DNA of 64,000 nt, from the NCBI GenBank assembly GCA_035063585.1, contig JAPSGB010000021.1, forward strand, positions 18,696 through 82,695, in the 5' to 3' direction. Below, piece by piece: positions 46,701 to 55,903 of the stretch. A program made the translations under genes and the position numbers. This DNA is from Polyangiaceae bacterium. GTDB taxonomy: Bacteria > Myxococcota_A > Polyangia > Polyangiales > Polyangiaceae. Position 1 is the first letter of the stretch; the number at the start of each line of letters is the position of its first letter. Under the pieces are notes generated by a model. That model was not told the DNA's origin. It made no database searches and saw nothing but the letters and a program-made list of their open reading frames with translations.

Positions 46701-49304
46701 TCATTTCTTTCGTATCGGATAATCGTAGCCGGTCGGCTTGGTCGAGGGTGTGGAGCCCGCGGGAGCCCAGCGGAAGGCGTGCGGCTCCATGGGCTTGCCG
46801 AGCGCGAAGAACACGCTCGTCTCATAGCCCTTGACGGGTGGCCGCTCGGTGCCCGTTCGGTGAACGAACGCGGCGTGCCGGGACCCACGATCCAGCGACA
46901 CTACGCTCTGACAGCCCGCGCGCATGAGCGCGGCCGCCAGGGGGTCGCTGCTGTCGTGGTTCGCGAGCGCCACCAGGACTCGCCCGGTCGGCGTCACGCA
47001 GAGGGCGCCCCGCATCTGCATGGAGCCGTGGTCTTGAGCGCGAGCGGTGAGGCGACCGTTCTCGGCGAGCAGGGGGAGCTGTACCGCTTGCTCGCCGTCC
47101 GCGAGGGGCGGCACCTCGCCCGACGGGATGAGCCGAGGAGCCCTCCCCGCCGAGACGACGACCGTCGCGTAAGCGGAGCGCAGCGGGAGGGGGACCTGCT
47201 TGCCGAAGGACAGGCCGTAGCGAGTGGCGGGCGTGGTGTGTCCGAGCCCGATGGCCGCGAGCACGCGATGCGCGTCGTCGCCGTCGAGCTCGAGGTGGCC
47301 GCCCGCCTCGGCCGGCTCCTGACTCCCGGCGCGCACGGTCCAGTCGACGCGACCGGGCTCGAAGGAGAGCAGCGCGACCTCGAGATTTCCGATCGAGAGC
47401 GAGCCGCGGAAGATCCCCGGCACGAAGTCCGGCTGCGGCTGGGTGCCGTCATCGGGTTGCCAGCGGATCCCGGAGGGATCCCGTGGCACCGGGTCGCGCA
47501 CCATCACGTAGAAGAAGTCCTTGGCGGACCACCGGAGGTACTTGTCCGACGCGATCTGCATGCCCGGATCGAGCTTCTCGAGCGTGTAGGAGCGAGCCTT
47601 CAGGTCGATGATGTCCGTGAACACGAAGCCGCAGTGCGCCGGGTTCATGTCGAGGTGGATACCGTAAGAGCAGCCGGCCTGGCGCAACGCCTTGCCGAGG
47701 GTCGGGCCGTCGATCTCTTTCCCCCAGGCGTAGAAAAGCTGCCCCTGCGGTGTGACGCAGAGCGCAGTGCGCTGGGTCATCACGCTCGTGCCCGAGAGTT
47801 GCCAGCCCCAGATGTAGCGTCCGGTCGGGTTGGCGACGCCGTCCTCCACCAGCGGATCGAGGTTCTGCCGGAACGAGACGATGTCCGATGGGATCTGGTC
47901 CGTGCGCGGCCAGCTCCCGAGACCTGCGTCTCCGGCGCTCGTCACCACGACGCTCGCGGCGCCCGGGACCGGCGGCAAGAGCACGCGGCGATCCACCATC
48001 ATGCCGTAGGCGCCGTGCGTCGTCTTGAACGCGCCGTTGAAGGTCGCGACCACGCGATCGAGGATGTTCTTGTCGCGCGGCAAGCGCCCGTCTCCCGGCG
48101 GTCCCGTGAGCGGCTTCGGATCCTCGAAGCCGGCCTGCATCCCGAGCTCGAGCTGGCGCATGTCCATGGCGACCAGCTCGACCTCCGAGTACGGGCGCTT
48201 CACGTCCGGGCGGATGAACGTGCGATAAAAGTAGGGTGGGGGCTTGCCGTTTCCGCGCGGCGCGCCGGGAAGCGCCTCGAGCCACGGCAGCGTGACGGGC
48301 ACCCACTCCCCTTCGCCCGCCTTTACCTCTTGCCAGAGCGAGGGGATGGCGGCAGGTGGCCAGCCGCCCGCGTGCGCCGCGAGAGCGTCGGCGTCGAGCT
48401 GCGTCGGCGCGACGACGCGTTCCGGATCGCCCTTCAGCGCGGACTCGGACTTTCGCGAGAACACGCGGAACGCCGTGCGCTTCACGGCGTCCTCGGCGCC
48501 GAACACCGTGTTCTCGAGCCACGCTATGGGGGCTGGCCCGACCTCGGCGCGCACCGTGTCGACGGCCCAGAGGACCAGCGGCTTGTGCGGGTGCACCTGG
48601 GGCACCGCGCGCGCGGCGATCGGCTGACCGCCGTCGGCGCGTAGCGTCTCCGCGCCCGGGTCGAACACGAGTCGGCGCTCCTCACCGAGCTCGACGTCGA
48701 GGCTGTCGCCCGCGAGGCGCAGCCCCGCCGACTTCACCGGTTGCTCGAAGAGCACGTCGGTTCGGCCGAGCCCGGCGAAGCTCCCCGTGTCTTGGTACGA
48801 CGTGATCGCCACCTCGAGTCGGTCGATGAGCCCCGCCGGCTTGTGGCGAGCCGGAATTCCGTCGAGCGCGAGCACGGTGATGCCCTGGATCTTGCCGTAG
48901 GCAACGGTCGCGAACGCGGCGATCCGACCGCGCACCTGAAGCCCGGTGTCATCACCGAGCGGGGTCTCGGTGAGGTTGCGGAGCGCGCGCACGTCGAGCG
49001 GTTGCCCGCCCAGGGTGACGCGCACGCGGGCTCGATAGAGGTCGCGCGCCTTGCCCCGCTCCGGGGCTGCGAGGAAGAGGATGCGTCGCCCGAAGAAGCT
49101 CTCGGCGAGAAAACCGGGGGACGGCTCCCAGGCGATATCCGACGGGGCGACCACGCCGCCCGCGGCCGCGCCGAGCATCCCGGCGAGCCCTTCGAGCGAG
49201 GGGGCCGGCGGCTTCGGCTGGCTCAGCCGGGCGCTCGCCGCGATCACGGCCGCGAGCCCAACGATGGGCGCCCGCCGCCGGAGGTAAGGCCGAAGTGCCG
49301 CCAT
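46701..49304 (-). CDS. Large membrane-anchored protein with phosphodiester glycosidase (NAGPA-like) domains
   Basis: N-terminal hydrophobic anchor; FNGAF, RTALC, A GC..GIHLDMN; second RGALC..AGC..SLDRG; ATG 49304. Confidence 0.65.
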   Translation of the reverse strand: MAALRPYLRRRAPIVGLAAVIAASARLSQPKPPAPSLEGLAGMLGAAAGGVVAPSDIAWEPSPGFLAESFFGRRILFLAAPERGKARDLYRARVRVTLGGQPLDVRALRNLTETPLGDDTGLQVRGRIAAFATVAYGKIQGITVLALDGIPARHKPAGLIDRLEVAITSYQDTGSFAGLGRTDVLFEQPVKSAGLRLAGDSLDVELGEERRLVFDPGAETLRADGGQPIAARAVPQVHPHKPLVLWAVDTVRAEVGPAPIAWLENTVFGAEDAVKRTAFRVFSRKSESALKGDPERVVAPTQLDADALAAHAGGWPPAAIPSLWQEVKAGEGEWVPVTLPWLEALPGAPRGNGKPPPYFYRTFIRPDVKRPYSEVELVAMDMRQLELGMQAGFEDPKPLTGPPGDGRLPRDKNILDRVVATFNGAFKTTHGAYGMMVDRRVLLPPVPGAASVVVTSAGDAGLGSWPRTDQIPSDIVSFRQNLDPLVEDGVANPTGRYIWGWQLSGTSVMTQRTALCVTPQGQLFYAWGKEIDGPTLGKALRQAGCSYGIHLDMNPAHCGFVFTDIIDLKARSYTLEKLDPGMQIASDKYLRWSAKDFFYVMVRDPVPRDPSGIRWQPDDGTQPQPDFVPGIFRGSLSIGNLEVALLSFEPGRVDWTVRAGSQEPAEAGGHLELDGDDAHRVLAAIGLGHTTPATRYGLSFGKQVPLPLRSAYATVVVSAGRAPRLIPSGEVPPLADGEQAVQLPLLAENGRLTARAQDHGSMQMRGALCVTPTGRVLVALANHDSSDPLAAALMRAGCQSVVSLDRGSRHAAFVHRTGTERPPVKGYETSVFFALGKPMEPHAFRWAPAGSTPSTKPTGYDYPIRKK

Positions 49305-49421
49305 CGAGCCGATGGCGGGGTGTACCGGGGGCCCGCCGACCGCGCAAGCCGCGTGAGGGGGTCGAGCCTGGCGACATCGGCCTTGTGGGATCGCCGGCCC
49401 GCTGATAACCGAGGGGCTCGC

Positions 49422-50246
49422 GTGGCAAAGAGTAACCTCGCCGTTCGGGTGCTGACAGCAGTCGTCGTCGGGCCCGTGCTCCTGCTGGTGCTGTTCTTGG
49501 CGCCGCCGTGGGCCTGGTACCTGGTGATCTTCTGCGCGTGCGCGGTCGCGTCCCAGGAGTTCTTCGGGATGACGCACCCAGCCGATCGCGTGGCGCAGGG
49601 GGTCGGCGTCGCTTCGACGCTCGGCGTGTCCACGGCGGTCTACTTCGGCGGGCACGACCCGCGGGTGCTCATGAGCGTGCTGCTGGCGGTCCCCTTGGTC
49701 GGCATCCTCGTGCCGCTCTGGCGGCTCGGCGAGATCCCGACCGCGGGGCTCCGCATCGCCGCGGGCGTCGCGGGCCCGCTCTATGTGGGCGCGCTGCTCA
49801 CCACCATCGGCCTCGTCCGGCGCGATCAGGGCGCGGCTGGCCCCGGCTTCGTGCTCTTCACGCTGATGATCGCGTGGATGGGCGACACTGGCGGGTACTT
49901 CTTCGGTCGCTTTCTCGGCAAGACGAAGCTCTATGAGGCGGTGAGCCCCAAAAAGACGCGCGCCGGGTTCGCCGGCTCGCTGGTTGGCTCGTGCATCGGG
50001 GCGCTCCTCGCCCACTTCTGGTACCTGCCGGCGCTCCCGCTCGAGCATGCGCTCGCGCTCGCGCTGGTGGCAGGCGCGCTCGGTCAGATGGGCGATCTGG
50101 TCGAATCTCTGCTGAAGCGCTCGACCGGAGTCAAAGACTCCGGCTTCATCATCCCCGGCCACGGCGGCATCCTCGATCGGGTCGATGCGCTCCTCGTCGT
50201 GAGCCCGCTCGTGTACCTCTACACGCGCTGGCTGCCGGGGGGCTGA
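49422..50246 (+). CDS. cdsA: Phosphatidate cytidylyltransferase
   Basis: DTGGYFFG, SPKKT, GDLVESLLKR..GVKDSG..IPGHGGILDRVD. Confidence 0.95.
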   Translation: MAKSNLAVRVLTAVVVGPVLLLVLFLAPPWAWYLVIFCACAVASQEFFGMTHPADRVAQGVGVASTLGVSTAVYFGGHDPRVLMSVLLAVPLVGILVPLWRLGEIPTAGLRIAAGVAGPLYVGALLTTIGLVRRDQGAAGPGFVLFTLMIAWMGDTGGYFFGRFLGKTKLYEAVSPKKTRAGFAGSLVGSCIGALLAHFWYLPALPLEHALALALVAGALGQMGDLVESLLKRSTGVKDSGFIIPGHGGILDRVDALLVVSPLVYLYTRWLPGG

Positions 50247-50343
50247 GCAGACGCGTGGTCGAGCGCGCAGAGGTGGGCTCGCGCGCGCGTCGACTCATGG
50301 GGAGGGGGATGCCGGTCCGGCGCGGAACCGCCCCGTGGCGAGG

Positions 50344-50904
50344 TCACTCCTCAGTCACCTCACGTCGCCTGCGAGGCTCCGCCTGCGCGGGTGGGCAGCC
50401 GCGCGAATCGAAGCACCACTGCGCGGAGTACTCCTGGCGCGACGCGCGCTCGAGCTCCAAGAGCGCCGCCGCGACGGACCGACCCTCATCGACGGCGCGC
50501 CAGAAGTCGTCCCAAGCTTGCTGCTCGAGCGCGCGCTCGTCATCCCAGTCGGGGCCGCGCAGGCGCAGCTTCGGCGCCCCCCGGTCGCAGTAGACTCGGG
50601 TGATGGACGGTCCGCCCGGACCCATCTCGATGCGCTCGAGCGCTCGAGCCTGGCACCGCGCGCGTGGGCGCGTGGGCGCGGGATGGTTCGGAAGGGAGGT
50701 CCGCTCGCCGGCGAGGGCCGGCGCGCCGCCGAGGGCGATGACGTCCTTCGGGGCGGCGCCGCGCGCGCAGGCGGGCGCGCTCACGAGCGCGAGCAGCGCG
50801 AGCGCGCCCCATCGCGCTCGCCTCCCGACGTCGAAGTGTGTCCCGGATGACGCGCGTCCCTCCAGGTGACACCCCGACCGCGCGCCCTCGGCCCCCTCGC
50901 TCAC
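50344..50904 (-). CDS. Hypothetical exported protein (start uncertain)
   Basis: RRARWGALALLALVSAPAC signal-like segment then protein-like composition; GTG 50904 is a guess. Confidence 0.4.
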   Translation of the reverse strand: MSEGAEGARSGCHLEGRASSGTHFDVGRRARWGALALLALVSAPACARGAAPKDVIALGGAPALAGERTSLPNHPAPTRPRARCQARALERIEMGPGGPSITRVYCDRGAPKLRLRGPDWDDERALEQQAWDDFWRAVDEGRSVAAALLELERASRQEYSAQWCFDSRGCPPAQAEPRRRREVTEE

Positions 50905-51015
50905 GCGCACGCGAGCGCCGGCGCCGGGTGCGCGAGTCTCTTGCACAATTGTCGAACCTGCCGGAAGCTCGCGGGGCGCTCGCGTGGCTGAGAGCCCGCG
51001 CTCGGGGAGCATCTG

Positions 51016-51387
51016 ATGAAGGTCGCTTGGTGGCTCGTGGTCCTGGTGAACTCGACGGTGACCGCGTGTAGCGGCGGCGATGCGGCGTCGCCCGCGCTCG
51101 ACTCCGCCCGCGCGGACTTCGCGACCCGCTGCAAGGCCGCGTACGAGTCGTCCTGCACCAAGGGCTTCGCGTGCCAGAGCTTCTTCATGACCTCGAGGTA
51201 TAATAGCGTGCGCCACTGCGAGGACGAGCTCTATCGGCAGGTCGACCAGCGAGCCGCCGCGTTCACCGACTCGGCGGACGCGGCCGACTGCGCGCGCGCA
51301 TGCGACACGATGAAGTCGGACGTCGAGGCGCTCGCGTGTGACCAGTTCGACGACGCCACGTTCAACCGGTACCATTGCGGGTCTTGA
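51016..51387 (+). CDS. Small Cys-rich lipoprotein
   Basis: SD GGGGAG, lipobox-like VTAC, 8 further Cys. Confidence 0.75.
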   Translation: MKVAWWLVVLVNSTVTACSGGDAASPALDSARADFATRCKAAYESSCTKGFACQSFFMTSRYNSVRHCEDELYRQVDQRAAAFTDSADAADCARACDTMKSDVEALACDQFDDATFNRYHCGS

Positions 51388-51493
51388 CGCGCTCGAACGC
51401 GGCCGACGCGGGGGGCGAAGGAGAGCCCCCGAAGGAGCGTCTCGCTCACGTTGACAGCGGAGACGCTCAGAGACGATTGTGCGCAGGGCAGCG

Positions 51494-53008
51494 GTGAAGC
51501 GGATCGGCCGAGCGTCGTCTTCGCGTTGGGCGTGGCTGGCCGCGGGGCTCGCGCTCGGCCCCGGCGTCCCGTCGATCGCGCGCGCGGTCGAGACCGAGGT
51601 CGAGGCCAGCGCGGACGCGCAATTCTACACGCTCCGGAGCCCTTATGGCGATCCCCTGGTGCGGCGGCGTCGCTACACGCAGACGCTCGGCCTCGGCGTG
51701 TACGGGCTCGACGGCGGCGGCTGGGATCCGCGCGCGCCGGAGCTCACCTTCCGCGCGCGGCTCCGCATGGACGCCGACTACGGCCAAGAGCGCGCCGAGC
51801 GAGACCCCGCTCTGGATGGCCGGTTCGTTCCTGGGCTCGCGCTCATGCCCATCGACCTCATGACCGCGTACCTCGAGGGGCGGCGCTACCTCGGCGGGTG
51901 GCTCGGGTTCCGGCTCGGCCGGCAGTACGTGACCGATGCGCTCGGTTGGTGGGCGTTCGACGGTGCGCTCGCGCGCGTCGAGACCACGGCCTACGTGACG
52001 GTCGAGGCCTATGGCGGCTTCGAAGAGCGCGGCGGGCTGCCGATGATGGCGACGCCCCGCTGGGAGGCGGACGGCGTGTATCGCGGCAGCCGCGTCGGGC
52101 TCGACGAGAGCCAGTACCCGGCGTACCTCTCCGAGTCGAAGCTTGCGCCTGCGTACGGGCTCGCGCTCGAGAGCGCGGGGCTCTCGTGGCTCCGCGCTCG
52201 CGCGACCTATCGCCGCGTCGTAAACCGGGACACGGTGACCGTCTCGCCGCTCGGGCCGAGCGCTGGCCCGGTCGAGACGGTGAGCGGGAGCCGCGTCTCG
52301 ACCGAGCGCGCGGGCGTCGCGCTCCGCGCGGATGCCCCTGGGCTCGGCGGAGCGAGCGCGAGCGTGGTCTATGATCTCTACGCGGAGCTCGTCAGCGAGC
52401 TCGACGCGTCGCTCGACGTCGCGGCGACCGAGCGGCTCACGCTCGGCGCGGACTACGATTATTATCGGCCGACCTTCGATGCGGACTCGATTTTCAACTG
52501 GTTCTCGCACGCCGGGACCACGCGCGCTCAGGGGCGGGTGAGCCTCGAGCTCACTCGTCGGCTCGAGCTCGCGGCCGCCGGTGGCGCGCAGGTGTTCGAC
52601 GTCGAGTCCGCGCCCGACGCGAGCGAGCCCGGCGGAGGAGCTGGCGCCGCCCGGCTCGTCGACGGACTCGGCTCGCTCTCGGGCCTCTATCGGTGGAGCG
52701 ACGGCAGCCTGCGGCTCATGACCCTGGCGGAGCTCGGCGAGCGCGGACACCGCGCCGGCGCCGACGTGAGCACGCGGAAGACCTTCGCGAGCGGCTTCTA
52801 CGACACGCTCGGCATCCTCTCGCTCTACGATTGGAGCGACGCCACGCGACCGACCCGCGACGCGACGAGCTTCTCCTATGTGCTCGGCGGCGGCTTCCAT
52901 CCGGGCGAAGGGGCGCGAATCGGCGTCGAGTGGGAGCACAGCGTGAACCGCCTGTCGGGGCAGCGCTTCCGCGTGCTTGCGACCCTCGATCTCACGGTGC
53001 TTCGGTGA
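51494..53008 (+). CDS. Putative outer-membrane beta-barrel (porin) partner of multiheme cytochrome
   Basis: Signal peptide; Tyr/Trp/Gly-rich alternating strands (LTLGADYDYY, IGVEWEHS, RVLATLDLTV); no TM helices; GTGA overlap with cytochrome. Confidence 0.7.
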   Translation: MKRIGRASSSRWAWLAAGLALGPGVPSIARAVETEVEASADAQFYTLRSPYGDPLVRRRRYTQTLGLGVYGLDGGGWDPRAPELTFRARLRMDADYGQERAERDPALDGRFVPGLALMPIDLMTAYLEGRRYLGGWLGFRLGRQYVTDALGWWAFDGALARVETTAYVTVEAYGGFEERGGLPMMATPRWEADGVYRGSRVGLDESQYPAYLSESKLAPAYGLALESAGLSWLRARATYRRVVNRDTVTVSPLGPSAGPVETVSGSRVSTERAGVALRADAPGLGGASASVVYDLYAELVSELDASLDVAATERLTLGADYDYYRPTFDADSIFNWFSHAGTTRAQGRVSLELTRRLELAAAGGAQVFDVESAPDASEPGGGAGAARLVDGLGSLSGLYRWSDGSLRLMTLAELGERGHRAGADVSTRKTFASGFYDTLGILSLYDWSDATRPTRDATSFSYVLGGGFHPGEGARIGVEWEHSVNRLSGQRFRVLATLDLTVLR

Positions 53009-54390
53009 GCGGCACGACGCGCGTTCCGTCCTTCGCGCTGGTGTTCGCGTGCGCGCTCGCCTTCGTGCTCGGGGTCGCGTCGGCGAGCGCGGAGTCGGCG
53101 AGCCGCGCTGCCGCGACGCGCGCGGTCGCGACGAGCGCGCCATCGTCGGCGAGTCCGGCGGTGCGCGGCCTCGCGCCCCGCGCGGGCGGAGCCAAGCCCG
53201 CGCTCTCGAGTCGTCCGCCGGGCGCCCTCGAGGACGAAGACGGACCGAGCCGCGTCATCTTTCCGCCCGAGCGACTCACCATCCGTTTCAACCACCGAAA
53301 ACACGTGAAGGAGCTCGGCGTGGCGTGCGAGCGCTGCCACGAGCGGGCCAAGACGAGCATCCGGAGCAGCGACTCACTCGCCGCGCGCCCGGCGCGCTGC
53401 GACGCCTGCCACGGCACCGATCACACCGATCTCTCGAGCGTCCAAACCTCGCCCGACGAGCTCATCGGACAGTGCGGCTATTGCCACGTCGGATACCGGG
53501 CGGGGCGGCCGGTCGCGCGGATGAGCGTGCCGAAGCCGAACCTCCGATTTAGCCACGCGGCGCACGCGGCGCGCAACATCGGCTGTCAGCAGTGTCACGG
53601 CGCCGTCCAGGAGCTCGAGCTCGCGACCCGCGATTCGCTCCCGCGCATGCGCGGCTGCTTCCGCTGTCACCAGGCGCCCGAGCCGGCGCGGGGCGACGCG
53701 AAGGGCGCCTGCGCGACCTGTCACTTGACCGAGAAGGACGGCCTGCTCATGACGCGCTTCCCGAGCGGCGCGCTCCGCCCGCCCAGCTGGCTCGGGGGCG
53801 CCGGGCATGGGCCGGACTGGCTCGAGCGCCACCGGACGGCGGCGGCCGCCGACGCGCGGCTCTGCGCGAGCTGCCACACCGCCGCCTCCTGCACCGAGTG
53901 TCACGACGGGCGGGTGCGCCCGCGAGAGGTCCACCCGAACGACTGGCTCGCGATGCATCCGATCGCGGCGAAGCAAGACAGCCCGCGATGCACGAGTTGC
54001 CACCGGCAGCAGTCCTTCTGCCTGACCTGCCACCAGCGAGCCGGGGTGACCATGAGCGGCCCGACCGAGAACCTCGCCGGTCGCGGGCGCTTCCACCCGC
54101 CGCCGTCGGTCTGGACCGACGCGCCGCGCGGCCCTGGACACCACGCCTGGGAGGCGCAGCGCAACCTGAACACTTGTGTCAGCTGCCACACCGAGCGCGA
54201 CTGCGTGCTCTGTCACTCGAACTCGGGGGTTGGCGGCCGAGGGGCCGGCACCCCGACCGGCGCCGGCTGGGGGAGCGATCCGCATCCAGCCGGATTCTCG
54301 CGCCGCTGCCGCGGCGCGCTCCGCAAGAACGCCCGTCCGTGCCTCGTCTGCCACGACCCGGCCGACCCCAAGCTGGATGCCTGCCGATGA
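53005..54390 (+). CDS. Multiheme cytochrome c, 13 CxxCH (cytochrome c3/c7-like)
   Basis: CERCH, CDACH, CGYCH, CQQCH, CFRCH, CATCH, CASCH, CTECH, CTSCH, CLTCH, CVSCH, CVLCH, CLVCH; FNH..H/FSH..H motifs; signal peptide. Confidence 0.93.
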   Translation: MSGTTRVPSFALVFACALAFVLGVASASAESASRAAATRAVATSAPSSASPAVRGLAPRAGGAKPALSSRPPGALEDEDGPSRVIFPPERLTIRFNHRKHVKELGVACERCHERAKTSIRSSDSLAARPARCDACHGTDHTDLSSVQTSPDELIGQCGYCHVGYRAGRPVARMSVPKPNLRFSHAAHAARNIGCQQCHGAVQELELATRDSLPRMRGCFRCHQAPEPARGDAKGACATCHLTEKDGLLMTRFPSGALRPPSWLGGAGHGPDWLERHRTAAAADARLCASCHTAASCTECHDGRVRPREVHPNDWLAMHPIAAKQDSPRCTSCHRQQSFCLTCHQRAGVTMSGPTENLAGRGRFHPPPSVWTDAPRGPGHHAWEAQRNLNTCVSCHTERDCVLCHSNSGVGGRGAGTPTGAGWGSDPHPAGFSRRCRGALRKNARPCLVCHDPADPKLDACR

Positions 54391-54501
54391 CAGGGTCATC
54401 GAAAACTGCCTCCGCGGCCGCAATCTGCTTGCGCGAGCGTTCGAGGCGCGGGTATAGCGATAGCCCGCTCGCGGCGCCGCCGCGACATAAGGAGGTCTTG
54501 G

Positions 54502-54756
54502 GTGAAGGAGCTTGTCCGCTATCTGCTGGAGAACCTGTACCTCGACTTCCAAGGAGATATCTCGGTCGAGAAAATCCGGGAATTCCTCCGCGAGGACGAC
54601 AGCCGGGATGCCCGCCACCTCCTCTCCAAGATCATCGAGGACAATGGAGTGGACGAGCTCTTGCTCACCCTGGCGGACTGCCTGAAGGAGAGCATCCGGA
54701 CGGGCATCACCGAGGACACCGTCCGCAACCAGCTCTCGCTCTACTCGGACAGCTGA
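54502..54756 (+). CDS. Small acidic helical hypothetical protein (84 aa)
   Basis: Strong SD AAGGAGG upstream of GTG; typical codon use. Confidence 0.8.
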   Translation: MKELVRYLLENLYLDFQGDISVEKIREFLREDDSRDARHLLSKIIEDNGVDELLLTLADCLKESIRTGITEDTVRNQLSLYSDS

Positions 54757-55784
54757 GCGTCGCGCTCGCGCTCGCGTGCGCGGGCTGCGATCAGGGGGCG
54801 CGCGACACCGACGCGATGGGGCCGCCGCTCCATGTCGTCGCGACGTGGCCGGCGGACGGTGCGGGGCTCGACTGTGACGCGTCGGACCCGGATTGCGGCG
54901 TCCCGCTCGACTCGCCCATCGAGCTGCGCTTCGACCGCTACCTCTTGCCGGCGACCGCCGTGCGGCAGTCGATCCTGGTGTCCACGGGCCAGGCGTCGTG
55001 CCGGCTCGCCCGTCCGCCGGCGCCCGCGGTGTGCTTCGAGCCCGAGTACGACGTGCTCGAGCGCGTGGTGAGCTATCGACTGGTCCCCGGGGCCGAGCTC
55101 TTGCCGGGGGTGCTCTACACGGTGGAGCTCGTGGTGCCGGGCGACGAGCAGCCGTACGGCTTTCGCGCCTTCGACGGCGCGTCGCTGCTCGAAGCGAGCG
55201 CGCCGCTCCGCTTCAGCTTTCGCACCGCGACCGTGCGCGCGTCGCCGGTCGCGCCCGAGCCGATCCCGACGTGCGCCGACGTGGTCGACGGCATCTTCGG
55301 CGCTCCGTCCGGCGCGGCGTGCGCGACCTGTCACTCGGGTGACGCGCCTCCGCTCGGGCTCCGACTCGACTCGAAATCGGGGCTCATCGAGACGGCGCTC
55401 GGCCGCGTCGCGCGCGAGACGGATCTCGCGCCGCACGCGGGGCGCGCGCTCGACGCCCCGCCGCGCTTCGGGCTGGCGATGCCGATCATCGCGCCGGGGC
55501 GCCCCGACACGAGCTACCTCCTCTACAAGCTGCTCGTGAACGACGACAACTACGGCGCCGGGCCCGAACGCTGCGCGACGGCGCACCGCGTGCCGCTCCC
55601 GCCGGGCGAGTGCCTCCCGCCCTCCGCTCGAGAGCGCGAGCGATTGCGCGAGTGGTTCGTGTTCGGGCAGCCGATGCCGCTCGCCGCGCCGCCGGCCGCG
55701 CCGGCCCGACACCTCGAGCTTCATGAGCTTCGTGCCATCCAGCGCTACATCGCGGGCGGCGCACGCACCGACGGCTGCCGCTGA
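54753..55784 (+). CDS. Lipoprotein with Ig-like domain and monoheme cytochrome c domain
   Basis: LACAGC lipobox; VPLDSPIELRFDRYL (Big_5-like); CATCH, PGRPDTSYLLYKL, PMP; start uncertain (CTG). Confidence 0.72.
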   Translation: MSVALALACAGCDQGARDTDAMGPPLHVVATWPADGAGLDCDASDPDCGVPLDSPIELRFDRYLLPATAVRQSILVSTGQASCRLARPPAPAVCFEPEYDVLERVVSYRLVPGAELLPGVLYTVELVVPGDEQPYGFRAFDGASLLEASAPLRFSFRTATVRASPVAPEPIPTCADVVDGIFGAPSGAACATCHSGDAPPLGLRLDSKSGLIETALGRVARETDLAPHAGRALDAPPRFGLAMPIIAPGRPDTSYLLYKLLVNDDNYGAGPERCATAHRVPLPPGECLPPSARERERLREWFVFGQPMPLAAPPAAPARHLELHELRAIQRYIAGGARTDGCR

Positions 55785-55875
55785 GCGTCGGACTCACGCG
55801 TCCAAGGCACGCAACAATTGCGGACTTCCGCCGCCCGGAGCGCGCGTATCTGAGGGAATTCATTGAGTCGTGTCG

Positions 55876-55892
55876 TTGGCACGCGGCCTGCT
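55876..55892 (+). promoter_or_regulatory. Sigma54 -24/-12 promoter candidate upstream of PilZ gene
   Basis: TTGGCACGCGGCCTGCT vs consensus TGGCAC-N5-TTGC; exact GG-N10-GC. Confidence 0.6.
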
Positions 55893-55903
55893 GGAGCCGA
55901 GGC

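Noticed and set aside
53592..54752. N-terminal 387 aa of the 730-aa ORF 53592-55784
   Set aside because: Arg/Pro-rich out-of-frame overlap with the cytochrome and the 84-aa gene; the real protein begins near the lipobox
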